Origin: a bacterium
GTDB taxonomy: Bacteria > Patescibacteriota > Minisyncoccia > Phycocordibacterales > CAIZLB01
Direction: 5' to 3'
Length of the DNA: 31,477 nucleotides
Assembly (NCBI GenBank): GCA_043738715.1
Contig: JAYUFM010000097.1
Coordinates: forward strand, 1-31,477
Positions 1 to 8,359 of this stretch are shown here, piece by piece. Made by a program: the position numbers and the translations under genes. Numbering within the stretch: position 1 is the first letter of the stretch; each line of letters opens with the position of its first letter. The notes below the pieces were generated by a model. The model had not been told where the DNA came from and did no database searches. It saw nothing but the letters and a program-made list of their open reading frames with translations.

Positions 1-42
1 GTTGGCAGAAATGTTTAATTGAGGATTGTTTGGATCTGTCAT
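1..42 (-). CDS. Possible 5' end of a gene running off the left edge (MTDPNNPQLNISAN...)
   Basis: Minus-strand ATG at 42, open to the window edge, AT-rich upstream region; only 14 codons visible. Confidence 0.35.
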   Translation of the reverse strand, partial: MTDPNNPQLNISAN

Positions 43-131
43 GGTGAAAATATTCTATCATATTTATTGATTATAAAAAGTGGAAAGAAAATTAAAGGAA
101 TTACAAAGAAAAAGCAAAGGGAAAAGCAAAG

Positions 132-165
132 AAAAAAGAGGGGGCAGGCATGGTGACCTGTCCCC
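132..165 (-). terminator. Intrinsic terminator of the 198-518 ORF
   Basis: GGGGACAGG/CCTGCCCCC stem followed by a T tract on the minus strand. Confidence 0.7.
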
Positions 166-197
166 TCCCTTTGAATTTTTCGGCAGGGTGGGCTGCC

Positions 198-518
198 TTA
201 TCGCTGAGCGTCGAGATTGCTGTGAGGTTCAGGGGTGAAAACCTTGGAAAGTTCCCTGGTGCGACTTGTCCCGTGCCGGACAAGTACATCTGGTTGAACT
301 TCTGTGGTCTCATTCACAGCGAACGCAGGTTCAGCTTCGGGCTCTTGATTGCGCAACGCCCACGCCTCGTAACAAATGAAGGCAAAGAACGCTATGGTTG
401 CCGTACCGACTGCGATTACGGCTGCCCGACGGCGGACCTTTTTGCTTTCCCAGGGTGAAATGGTACGGCAAGTGTAGAAACCTTGGGCCTTGCGGCGAGG
501 AGGATTCGGAGGATTCAT
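198..518 (-). CDS. Orphan hypothetical protein, 106 aa, one predicted TM helix
   Basis: ATG-started ORF with hydrophobic segment AAVIAVGTATIAFFAFICY, own promoter-like element and terminator; preferred over the overlapping + ORF 150-458. Confidence 0.6.
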   Translation of the reverse strand: MNPPNPPRRKAQGFYTCRTISPWESKKVRRRAAVIAVGTATIAFFAFICYEAWALRNQEPEAEPAFAVNETTEVQPDVLVRHGTSRTRELSKVFTPEPHSNLDAQR

Positions 519-653
519 GGTGGATTCTGAATGGCTGAGCTTGGTGGTGGTTGGTGGTCGTTTTATCGGGTTTGAACTGACAAATAAAGAACTAGTGTCT
601 CATCTGGGTCTTGCGACTATAGTGATTCACGGGCTTTGTAAGGCTTAGCAAGT

Positions 654-715
654 AGTATGCCACATAAGAAACACAAGTTCAATACGTTGAATTCACATAA
701 ATTTCATAGTACTAT
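654..715. promoter_or_regulatory. Back-to-back sigma70-type promoters
   Basis: Minus: TTGAAC(682-677)-17-CATACT(659-654). Plus: TTGAAT(687-692)-17-TACTAT(710-715), ahead of tRNA-Leu. Confidence 0.5.
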
Positions 716-733
716 GATACCCGCATCGAGCAT

Positions 734-817
734 GCCGCGATGGCGGAATTGGTAGACGCACACGACTCAAAATCGTGCGGGGGTAACCCCATGAGAGTTC
801 AATTCTCTCTCGCGGCA
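734..817 (+). tRNA. tRNA-Leu (CAA)
   Basis: Acceptor stem GCCGCGA/TCGCGGC, anticodon arm CACGA-CTCAAAA-TCGTG, long variable arm, GTTCAATTC T-loop; CCA not encoded. Confidence 0.97.
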
Positions 818-879
818 CAATCAAGTTTTTTAGTGATTTTTTGGAATTTTTCCAAAATGCCTAAAATTACTTAAACAAA

Positions 880-1716
880 ATGAAGGATATTATTGTTATC
901 ATCGGACCAACAACAAGCGGAAAAACCGCGCTTTCCATTAAACTTGCCAGAAAATATAATGGTGAAGTTATTTCCGCTGATTCACGCCAAGTATACAGAT
1001 ACATTGATCTAGCAAGCGGTAAAGTAACAAAAAAAGAGATGGGTAAAATTCCTCATCATTTAATTGACGTGGTTGATCCTAAAAAAGTTTTCACCGTTAG
1101 TGATTTTAAGAAACAGGCCTCGCGCGCCATCGACGACATTATCGCGCGAGGCCATACCCCTATCATTTGTGGGGGAACTGGTTTTTACATAGACGCACTT
1201 TTACATGACAGTCAATTTCCAGAGGTTAAACCCGATTTAAAATTGAGAGCATCTCTTTCGAAAAAAACCTCACCGGAACTATTTTTGAAATTACAAAAAC
1301 TTGACCCAATACGTGCGCAACAAATTGATAAAAACAATCCTGTACGCTTAATACGTGCTATCGAGATTGCTAAAAAATTAGGCAAGGTGCCCCCAGACAA
1401 AGACGGACCAAATGCATTATACAAAAAATATAATGTGGAAATAATGTACATTGATTTACCAGATGAAAAACTGTTCAAAAAAGTCATTGCTAGAGTTGAC
1501 CAGCGTATTAAAAAAGGAATGATTGAGGAGGTTAAAAACTTACACACAGTGTACAAAGTCTCTTGGAAACGCCTTTATGAAATAGGTCTTGAATGTCGTT
1601 TTGTTTCAATGTACCTTCGTGACCAACTAACATTAAATGAATTGCGCGAACAATTATTCACAGCAACAAAACAATACATCAAAAGACAGAGGACTTGGTT
1701 TGCTAAATATACTTAA
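880..1716 (+). CDS. miaA: tRNA dimethylallyltransferase
   Basis: GPTTSGKT P-loop, ISADSRQVY, PHHLID, GGTGFY and KRQRTWF motifs. Confidence 0.97.
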   Translation: MKDIIVIIGPTTSGKTALSIKLARKYNGEVISADSRQVYRYIDLASGKVTKKEMGKIPHHLIDVVDPKKVFTVSDFKKQASRAIDDIIARGHTPIICGGTGFYIDALLHDSQFPEVKPDLKLRASLSKKTSPELFLKLQKLDPIRAQQIDKNNPVRLIRAIEIAKKLGKVPPDKDGPNALYKKYNVEIMYIDLPDEKLFKKVIARVDQRIKKGMIEEVKNLHTVYKVSWKRLYEIGLECRFVSMYLRDQLTLNELREQLFTATKQYIKRQRTWFAKYT

Positions 1717-1758
1717 AACAAAAACCGCTCGATTAAAATCAAGCGGTTTTTGTTTTAA
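1713..1758. terminator. Bidirectional intrinsic terminator
   Basis: Perfect 17-bp inverted repeat TTAAAACAAAAACCGCT/AGCGGTTTTTGTTTTAA between convergent genes. Confidence 0.85.
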
Positions 1759-1796
1759 GTATTCTTTTCAGTCTTTAAGGTAACTATTGAACAGTA

Positions 1797-2639
1797 CTAC
1801 TGGCCGAAACAGTTGATGTCGCATATGATTGTCTTCATATCCTGTCTTGCAGTTTTAAGATCATCCGTTGCAGTTTTTATATTCGCACGAGCCGACTTTA
1901 AAGCAGCCGTATTTGCAGCCAACTTTGTCTTGTCACCTTGATCCGGAGTAAGCTTTGCCATAGCTGTTATTGCTGTTTCTGCCTGAGCATTGGCGTCAGC
2001 AATCTTGGTGTTAAACTCAACCAAAGAAGCCTGAATAGCAGTAACATCCTTTCCTGCAGATTGTTCAGTTGTAATTCTAGCCTGAATTTTAGCACCTATA
2101 GTTGTCATTAATCCAACAATAGTTTTTACCCTGTCAGCAGAAGCATACAAATGTCCTCGTGGCACAATCAAAGCATAAATTCTGTAATTAGCTGTAATTG
2201 TTTTTTCATCACTCAATGCAACAGTATTATCTGTGTCTGCATCAATTTTTTCTTTCAAATAAGTTAGTCCTGTGATATTAGTCTGGACCTCACTGGAAAT
2301 ACTAGATTTTTCTGTTGCTGAAACATTCTTCAAACCCTGAACCTTAGTATTTAATTTATTAAGGTCATCAATTCTTGCACTTATAGCAGTGTTTCCTCTT
2401 GTGATGATTTTAGTTAAACTTTCTGATTTCTTTGCCGCTAAATTCACCTTTGCGTTAGTACGAATATTTGTTTTTACCGAAGTAGAACCAGTGGTCGTTG
2501 TAGAAGATGCACTGACCATAACTGATGTGTCTAAACCGACTGATGTTTCAGCATAAGCAGGAACCGCTACTATACTGGCTAATACTAAAGCACTTGTAAC
2601 TATCGAAAATGCAGATGTCGTAATTTTTTTGTTAGTCAT
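1797..2639 (-). CDS. Secreted alpha-helical/coiled-coil hypothetical protein
   Basis: 280-aa ORF, signal peptide ending AVPAYA, S/T-rich linker, Ala/Lys-rich heptad-like body. Confidence 0.8.
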   Translation of the reverse strand: MTNKKITTSAFSIVTSALVLASIVAVPAYAETSVGLDTSVMVSASSTTTTGSTSVKTNIRTNAKVNLAAKKSESLTKIITRGNTAISARIDDLNKLNTKVQGLKNVSATEKSSISSEVQTNITGLTYLKEKIDADTDNTVALSDEKTITANYRIYALIVPRGHLYASADRVKTIVGLMTTIGAKIQARITTEQSAGKDVTAIQASLVEFNTKIADANAQAETAITAMAKLTPDQGDKTKLAANTAALKSARANIKTATDDLKTARQDMKTIICDINCFGQ

Positions 2640-2653
2640 AATATTTTTTTAGC

Positions 2654-2965
2654 TTATTTATTCTGATTACTTAATCCTTGATCTGCGCTCGCGTTATCTG
2701 AATTCAAAGCATTCATTTGAGCATCAACATTTCTACTATCCTGATCAAGAGCGGCGTCAGAATTATTCTGATTAGAAGCTGAAATAGTTGTCGAAGACAT
2801 AACTGTTGTAGAAGCTGTTGGCTGTGTATTTACAGTATGTACAGTTGAAGTAGCCATATTTGATGAATAATTTGATTGATCTTTTCCACCCTTCATATAC
2901 CACCATCCACCAAGGACGATCAGTGCTATAACGATGATTGTCCAAACAGTTCCTTTTGTTGTCAT
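2654..2965 (-). CDS. Membrane-anchored hypothetical protein
   Basis: 103 aa, N-terminal TM helix then S/T/N-rich low-complexity region; co-oriented 14 nt upstream of the previous gene. Confidence 0.8.
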   Translation of the reverse strand: MTTKGTVWTIIVIALIVLGGWWYMKGGKDQSNYSSNMATSTVHTVNTQPTASTTVMSSTTISASNQNNSDAALDQDSRNVDAQMNALNSDNASADQGLSNQNK

Positions 2966-3117
2966 AATAAATTTTAATTGAATAGTTTTAATAATTTGAC
3001 TGAGTGCATTGTCTATTATACGCCCTTAACCCCACCTAGGGCAATGCTCCGATTAATCCTTATATTTGGGTGTTTTTCATATTTTTCCTTAAAATTTTCA
3101 TTATTTTGCTAATAAAA

Positions 3118-3157
3118 AAAACAAACACCAGACCCCTGAGGACCTAGTGTTTGTTTT
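3118..3157. terminator. Intrinsic terminator downstream of the small minus-strand ORFs
   Basis: AAAACAAACAC/GTGTTTGTTTT inverted repeat. Confidence 0.6.
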
Positions 3158-3172
3158 AAAATAAAGACTAAA

Positions 3173-3307
3173 TTATTTTCCCTTTTTAGTGCTTTTCTTT
3201 TTAGAAGCAATTGCCGCCTTTTTTGCATATTTTATTGCAAGACGCTTCTTTGTTTTTTTCGAGCGAGAAGTTTTGTTCTTCCCTACTCCTGTTATTCTTT
3301 TTGCCAT
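3173..3307 (-). CDS. Small, highly basic protein, 44 aa (MAKRITGVGKNKTSRSKKTKKRLAIKYAKKAAIASKKKSTKKGK); not in the ORF track
   Basis: ATG at 3307, TAA at 3173-3175, K/R-rich, followed by a terminator hairpin. Confidence 0.65.
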   Translation of the reverse strand: MAKRITGVGKNKTSRSKKTKKRLAIKYAKKAAIASKKKSTKKGK

Positions 3308-3351
3308 ATCGAAAATTATATACTATTTCAAAAAAAATGCACGCATTAAAA

Positions 3352-3492
3352 CTATTTCAGAACTGCCAAAACATCCTTTGTTTCCTGCACTTTCATCCCA
3401 AGATAAAAAGTCAACGCCGGAATCACTAGAATAAACATAATAACCGCTGCCAATTTTGAATACCACGTCACTTCATTAAATTTAATTTTCAT
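3352..3492 (-). CDS. Small membrane protein, 46 aa (MKIKFNEVTWYSKLAAVIMFILVIPALTFYLGMKVQETKDVLAVLK); not in the ORF track
   Basis: ATG at 3492, TAG at 3352-3354, one clear TM helix. Confidence 0.65.
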   Translation of the reverse strand: MKIKFNEVTWYSKLAAVIMFILVIPALTFYLGMKVQETKDVLAVLK

Positions 3493-3593
3493 ATTATTTA
3501 TAATTCTATCAAACATTTTCATTTCTCGCCCTCCATGCTAGTATTTTGAAGCTACAAGTGAAGTTTGAAGTCAGCCATACCAAAATCACAAAT

Positions 3594-3665
3594 GGGCCTA
3601 TAGTTTCAATGGTAAAACATTCCTCTCCAAAAGGAAGGTTCTAGGTTCGAGTCCTAGTGGGCCCG
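3594..3665 (+). tRNA. tRNA-Trp (CCA)
   Basis: Acceptor stem GGGCCTA/TGGGCCC, anticodon arm TTCCT-CTCCAAA-AGGAA, GGTTCGAGTCC T-arm. Confidence 0.96.
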
Positions 3666-3784
3666 CAGTATTAGACACTTTCATAATTTTGTTATATAAA
3701 TTCTACGGACACAAGTTCTAACACAAGTCGAGCTTGGCCACGGCCATACCAGCCGTTTCTTTCAACCCACAACCAAACTGAACC

Positions 3785-4174
3785 ATGTTAAAATTCCTGA
3801 AACGAATCTTCGGAAAAAAAACTCCAAAACCCGAAACACCGAAAGACCTTTGGGCCGGCGGCAGAGAAAGCTACGTTAACGTTTTCTTCCGCAAAAGACT
3901 GGACCAACTCGCACGTGACCTCTCCGGCCTGTTCGGCGAAATGAAAACGCGCTACAACCCCGAGCGTGGGTGTGCGGAGGTCTATATGACAAAAACCGGC
4001 TTGGTCATCTTTCAAGTCGTCGTAAACGGCACAATGGGATCTCCATACGAAGCCCTCGTTACAGCAGTCGCTTTGCAAACATCTATGAAGCTCATGATCT
4101 GGGCCATCTTCGATGACAAGATCCGAGTCAAGTGGAACTTCCTCTTCGAAGTCCAAGAACCCGCTCGAACCTGA
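3785..4174 (+). CDS. Orphan hypothetical protein, 129 aa
   Basis: ATG-started ORF after a C/A-rich leader, terminator downstream; preferred over the antisense ORF 3788-4210. Confidence 0.65.
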   Translation: MLKFLKRIFGKKTPKPETPKDLWAGGRESYVNVFFRKRLDQLARDLSGLFGEMKTRYNPERGCAEVYMTKTGLVIFQVVVNGTMGSPYEALVTAVALQTSMKLMIWAIFDDKIRVKWNFLFEVQEPART

Positions 4175-4212
4175 ATTACCAGCTACTGGGATCAAACTAG
4201 CTGCATACAACC

Positions 4213-4244
4213 AACCCGCCTGTTCCCAGCAGGCGTGGTTTTTT
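4213..4244 (+). terminator. Intrinsic terminator
   Basis: CGCCTG/CAGGCG stem followed by TGGTTTTTT. Confidence 0.6.
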
Positions 4245-4329
4245 GTATGTGAAATATTTTAAATCTATCACTTTTATCCAACCACGAGGTATGCCACCAA
4301 AAAACACATACCGTGATAAAATACAATTC

Positions 4330-4713
4330 ATGAAACGTCCAAAAATTCTTGAAGACGCAGGGTTTGATTTATATGTTGATACCTCAAAATTGAGAGACCT
4401 GCCCTTACCTGTTGAACAGAAGAAACTTGAAGAACTGACTTGGTGTTTTGATTTTCCAGTATGGGAAAAAGACGGAACCGATGATTGGAACTTAACCCCA
4501 AGGCAAGTCATCGACAAGGAACCTGGTACGTCCGAACATATGAAGAAGGTTGAGGGATCCAATTTAGAATATCCAATAGTTATTATTTTTAATAAAGACA
4601 GATGGGTAATACTGGATGGAATTCATCGATTAGTAAAATCATACTTGCTTAAAAAACCCACTATCGATGTCAAAATACTATCAAAAGATAGCCCGTATCT
4701 AATAAGTAAATAA
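4330..4713 (+). CDS. Stand-alone ParB/sulfiredoxin-like domain protein (start uncertain; ORF is open from 4243)
   Basis: YPIVI...WVILDGIHRL matches the ParB/Srx N-terminal DGxHR signature; the 4243 start overlaps a terminator, so ATG 4330 is preferred. Confidence 0.65.
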   Translation: MKRPKILEDAGFDLYVDTSKLRDLPLPVEQKKLEELTWCFDFPVWEKDGTDDWNLTPRQVIDKEPGTSEHMKKVEGSNLEYPIVIIFNKDRWVILDGIHRLVKSYLLKKPTIDVKILSKDSPYLISK

Positions 4714-4720
4714 TAATAAA

Positions 4721-5464
4721 ATGAATAAATATTCTAAAGTCACAAAATTAATTTTACTCTTAATTATCATCCTCTTTTTTGGAACTGTTTATTATTTAAA
4801 ATTTTCACCACGAACTTCAGACCTTACAGATAATTCAAATGCCGTAATAAAAGATAACAACCAAGCATCAACTACCCTTTCAAATAATGATCCCGCTTGT
4901 GATGGAGAGAAAAACCCCTACGCAACTATTGGTTATGGAATTAAACATAATTATTCAGGAAGCATTATCGCAGGGAAAAAAATTTCCATGACTTTATCGT
5001 GCGATCATAAAACAATTACCCTCTCTGGTTCAGTAAATCAGACTTTACAAGTAAAAAACAAGGAATACAACGAGGCCGGCTCAGATGTTGGAATGACTGA
5101 GGACGGACCAGACGGATTAATCGAATTAGCAGACCTAAGCAGTGGGACTGAGGTTATAGACACCGACAGTGATTATAATTTTGATGGTTACAATGACATA
5201 ACAAGTATTTCATCGAATGGTCAGGGTCGATCAGCCATCGATTCGTTTATTATATTTCTTTATAATCCAAAAACCAATCAATTTGTTTTTAATAAACAAT
5301 TAAGCAATTTAGAGAACATATCCGTTACTGAAAACAAAACACTAATGCAACAATACTGTTATTTTGACTCTAAAGGGTACTCAGGCAAATGCAACATTAC
5401 ATATTATAAATGGAAGGATGAGAAGCTGATTAAAACTGGCGGGGAGGTTCAATCAGTCGAGTAG
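4721..5464 (+). CDS. Membrane-anchored extracytoplasmic hypothetical protein
   Basis: N-terminal TM helix, cysteine pairs, DYNFDGYNDI Ca-binding-like (DxNxDGxxD) motif. Confidence 0.75.
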   Translation: MNKYSKVTKLILLLIIILFFGTVYYLKFSPRTSDLTDNSNAVIKDNNQASTTLSNNDPACDGEKNPYATIGYGIKHNYSGSIIAGKKISMTLSCDHKTITLSGSVNQTLQVKNKEYNEAGSDVGMTEDGPDGLIELADLSSGTEVIDTDSDYNFDGYNDITSISSNGQGRSAIDSFIIFLYNPKTNQFVFNKQLSNLENISVTENKTLMQQYCYFDSKGYSGKCNITYYKWKDEKLIKTGGEVQSVE

Positions 5465-5565
5465 CGAAAAATTTGCCTGTTGCCTACTTGCTCTTTTTGG
5501 GTACTATTAAACCCAGACAAGTAAAACTTGACACAAATCACCACAAAAAAACAGGAGGACACATT

Positions 5566-6876
5566 ATGAGCAAAGTGATAGTAGCAAAGTTTGGTGGCAC
5601 TTCTCTCGCTGACTCTGATCAGTTCAAGAAGGTCATGGCAATCATCAAATCTGACCCACGGCGTCGGTACATCGTGGTCTCTGCACCCGGAAAAAGAAAC
5701 CCTGAGGATCGCAAGATCACAGATCTCTTCTACGAGTGGCACAGACTCAACCATCTTCAACTCTCGACCGTCGAGGTCATGCAAATCATTCACGATCGGT
5801 TTGCAGAAATCGTCAGGGATCTCGGACTTTCCCTTAATATCGGAAGTGAGATTGCAGAAATCGATCGGATGATCCGCGCAGGTGCATCGGCAGATTATTC
5901 AGCAAGTCGTGGCGAATACCTTAGTGGCAAAATACTTGCAGAGGCTCTTGGATACGACATCGTCGATCCAGAATCCTGCATTATCTTTGACAGCACCGGC
6001 CAATATTCGAGGGATGACGAGCGTATTCAAAAGAGGTTGGGAAAAGGAAGAAATGCTGTCATCCCCGGATTCTATGGTATCGGTCCAAACGGCAAGGTGA
6101 GAACTTTTTCTCGCGGAGGATCCGACATAACCGGAGCAATCATTGCCCGAGCAGTTGGCGCAAGCATTTACGAAAACTGGACAGACGTATCTGGACTTCT
6201 AATGGCAGATCCTCGTGTGGTTAATAACCCACGCAGGATTAAAATGGCAACCTACCGCGAACTGCGCGAGTTGGCCTATATGGGAGCGAGTGTGTTCCAT
6301 CAAGATGCAATGTTCCCTGTTCAAGAAGCTGGAATTATCACAAACATCAGGAATACAAATGTTCCGGAAGATCCCGGGACGTTCATTGTGCCAGAGAAAA
6401 CCCCACGTGAAGATGCCCGACCAATCGTAGGGATCGCCGGACGCAAGAGCTTCACTGTGTTTACGGTTGAAAAGGATATGATGAATTCACAAGTGGGTAT
6501 CGCTCGGAAGATTCTGGGAGCGTTTGAAGGAAACGGCGTGAGCATTGAACACATGCCGAGTGGTATTGATACCATCAGTATTATCGTGGATGACGAAAAA
6601 CTGAATGGGAAATCGGATTTAATCGTCCGTCAAATCAAGAGCGAGTGTTCACCAGACAGTGTCGAGGTCAATCCTGGCATGGCAATGATTGCTGTGGTTG
6701 GAAGACCGATGAAACACACCCTTGGAGTTGCCGCCAAAGTTTTTCAGGCACTTGCGGACAATGGAATCAACATCCGAATGATCAATCAAGGTTCCAGCGA
6801 AATCAGCATCATCATTGGCGTGGAAAATTCCGATTACGATGCTGCTATTCGTGCCATATACGCAACTTTAGAATAA
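5566..6876 (+). CDS. lysC: Aspartate kinase with two C-terminal ACT domains
   Basis: KFGGTS, VVSAPGKR, TFSRGGSDITG, WTDVSG, ADPR and YRELRELAYMGASV motifs; AGGAGG SD before ATG 5566. Confidence 0.93.
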   Translation: MSKVIVAKFGGTSLADSDQFKKVMAIIKSDPRRRYIVVSAPGKRNPEDRKITDLFYEWHRLNHLQLSTVEVMQIIHDRFAEIVRDLGLSLNIGSEIAEIDRMIRAGASADYSASRGEYLSGKILAEALGYDIVDPESCIIFDSTGQYSRDDERIQKRLGKGRNAVIPGFYGIGPNGKVRTFSRGGSDITGAIIARAVGASIYENWTDVSGLLMADPRVVNNPRRIKMATYRELRELAYMGASVFHQDAMFPVQEAGIITNIRNTNVPEDPGTFIVPEKTPREDARPIVGIAGRKSFTVFTVEKDMMNSQVGIARKILGAFEGNGVSIEHMPSGIDTISIIVDDEKLNGKSDLIVRQIKSECSPDSVEVNPGMAMIAVVGRPMKHTLGVAAKVFQALADNGINIRMINQGSSEISIIIGVENSDYDAAIRAIYATLE

Positions 6877-6955
6877 GGTCACGAGGATCACTAGCCTTAG
6901 ACACGATCTCCGAGGTGCAAGTTTAAAAGACAGACATGCCTAAACGCAAAATGAT

Positions 6956-6997
6956 ATTCCCCGTCGACTGACAGCTGTCGGCGGGGAATCTTTTTTT
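6956..6997 (+). terminator. Intrinsic terminator
   Basis: ATTCCCCGTCGAC/GTCGGCGGGGAAT stem followed by a T tract. Confidence 0.8.
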
Positions 6998-7003
6998 ATT
7001 TCC

Positions 7004-8014
7004 TTAACGTGCCATTTGTATTAGATGTGTAAAAAAATCCCCTGCCTTTATACCAGATTCTTTTAGAGAAGCCATAATTGGTGAAGTTTCACCCAAGTGC
7101 GGACTGGTATCTGATTCAATTAAATAAACCCCTCGTCTTGGAGAAACAATGAAATCAAAAGTTGCATAATATCGCATACCTAAATGATCCTTTACAGTTT
7201 TTATAATCCTTTCAATTTCATCTTTATGTAAATCAGTTAAATTTTTTGGAACATCAATATTATACTGCCCGAGATGTCTCGACATCGTATCCAAGTGCCC
7301 TGTCCATAATTTTGAACGCGCGACGCTTGAACGTTTTTCATCAGTAGATACAGCAACTGGTATTAATATGTATGTATCCTGCCCGCGCAATCCCTCGACA
7401 AATCCTGAGACAATTTCGGAGCCAGAAATGTATTCCTCAACCAAAATATCCTTAGAAACCAAAACAGCATTACGCAGAGCGTCTACCAAAGTTGGATAAC
7501 TGGTGGCCACAGAAACACCAATTGATAAACCTGCCTTTTGAGGTTTTACAATTGCAGGTAATGGAAAAGTTCCAAATAAATCCTTAGCTATTTTGTGCAA
7601 GTCATCAGTAATCGACACATTCATCTCTCGATAAAAAGGCGTCTTAATATTTAAATCTCTTAAAGTCTTTTTAAAAGCCACCTTATGAAATGCAGTTGCT
7701 GATGGGTACTGGGGACTCCCCACGTATGGCACACCTGATTGTTCTAAAATTTTTTGAACCTCCCCGTCTTCACCGTATGTGCCATGCAGTGCATTTACTA
7801 CAACATCAAAATTTTGTATGGCGTCAATTGGTTTTTTTGGTGCACCAGAAATATACCACACTCCTTTTTTATCAATAAAAATATCTGCTACTGAATATTC
7901 AGATTTAGAATTTTCAGTTTCTAGACTTTTTAAGAAATGTGAACCAGACAAAAGCGAAGCTTCGTGTTCGTCAGACGGACCTCCACGTAAAATACCGATA
8001 TGTATTTTGGACAT
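7004..8014 (-). CDS. ddl: D-Ala-D-Ala ligase family ATP-grasp protein, divergent active site
   Basis: GGPSDEHEASLLSG, ALHGTYGEDG, IVKP and LVEEYISG motifs; C-terminal catalytic motifs altered (see findings). Confidence 0.8.
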   Translation of the reverse strand: MSKIHIGILRGGPSDEHEASLLSGSHFLKSLETENSKSEYSVADIFIDKKGVWYISGAPKKPIDAIQNFDVVVNALHGTYGEDGEVQKILEQSGVPYVGSPQYPSATAFHKVAFKKTLRDLNIKTPFYREMNVSITDDLHKIAKDLFGTFPLPAIVKPQKAGLSIGVSVATSYPTLVDALRNAVLVSKDILVEEYISGSEIVSGFVEGLRGQDTYILIPVAVSTDEKRSSVARSKLWTGHLDTMSRHLGQYNIDVPKNLTDLHKDEIERIIKTVKDHLGMRYYATFDFIVSPRRGVYLIESDTSPHLGETSPIMASLKESGIKAGDFFTHLIQMAR

Positions 8015-8092
8015 ATCGGTATTTTACCATAAACGATTAGAAAATAATTCTACTACACAAAATCACCAAAAATATTGAGTGAAATATAAAGA

Positions 8093-8248
8093 TTATTTTT
8101 TCGCTTCTATAAATTCTACTCGCTTTCTAAGAACCGCACTGTATTTCTTTAGTTTGATCTTTCGCTCAACCTTCTTTCGATTCTTACGGCTGTAATAAAC
8201 CTCACCAGTTGATTTGTTCTTTAGAATTATAAGTTGTTTTTGTGACAT
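8093..8248 (-). CDS. rpmG: 50S ribosomal protein L33, zinc-free form; not in the ORF track
   Basis: MSQKQLIILKNKSTGEVYYSRKNRKKVERKIKLKKYSAVLRKRVEFIEAKK fits the L33 pattern (Y..RKN.K....K..LKKY....RK...F.E.K). Confidence 0.9.
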   Translation of the reverse strand: MSQKQLIILKNKSTGEVYYSRKNRKKVERKIKLKKYSAVLRKRVEFIEAKK

Positions 8249-8359
8249 AAAGTTGTATCGGCATATTATCAAGAATTTAGCATTTCGGCAAGTAAAAGAC
8301 CTTTTTTAGGGTTTATTTTTAGACTTTGAACTTGAGCCATTTCATATTATGATACCCAC

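Noticed and set aside
3189-3434. Plus-strand ORFs 3189-3434 and 3211-3429
   Set aside because: They are shadows of two more convincing minus-strand small ORFs (3173-3307 and 3352-3492).
8286-8338. Weak resemblance to the outer stem of the repeat family (GGC-AAGT-AAAAG...ACTT-GA-GCC)
   Set aside because: It has no junction arms and poor pairing, and lies in a divergent promoter region.
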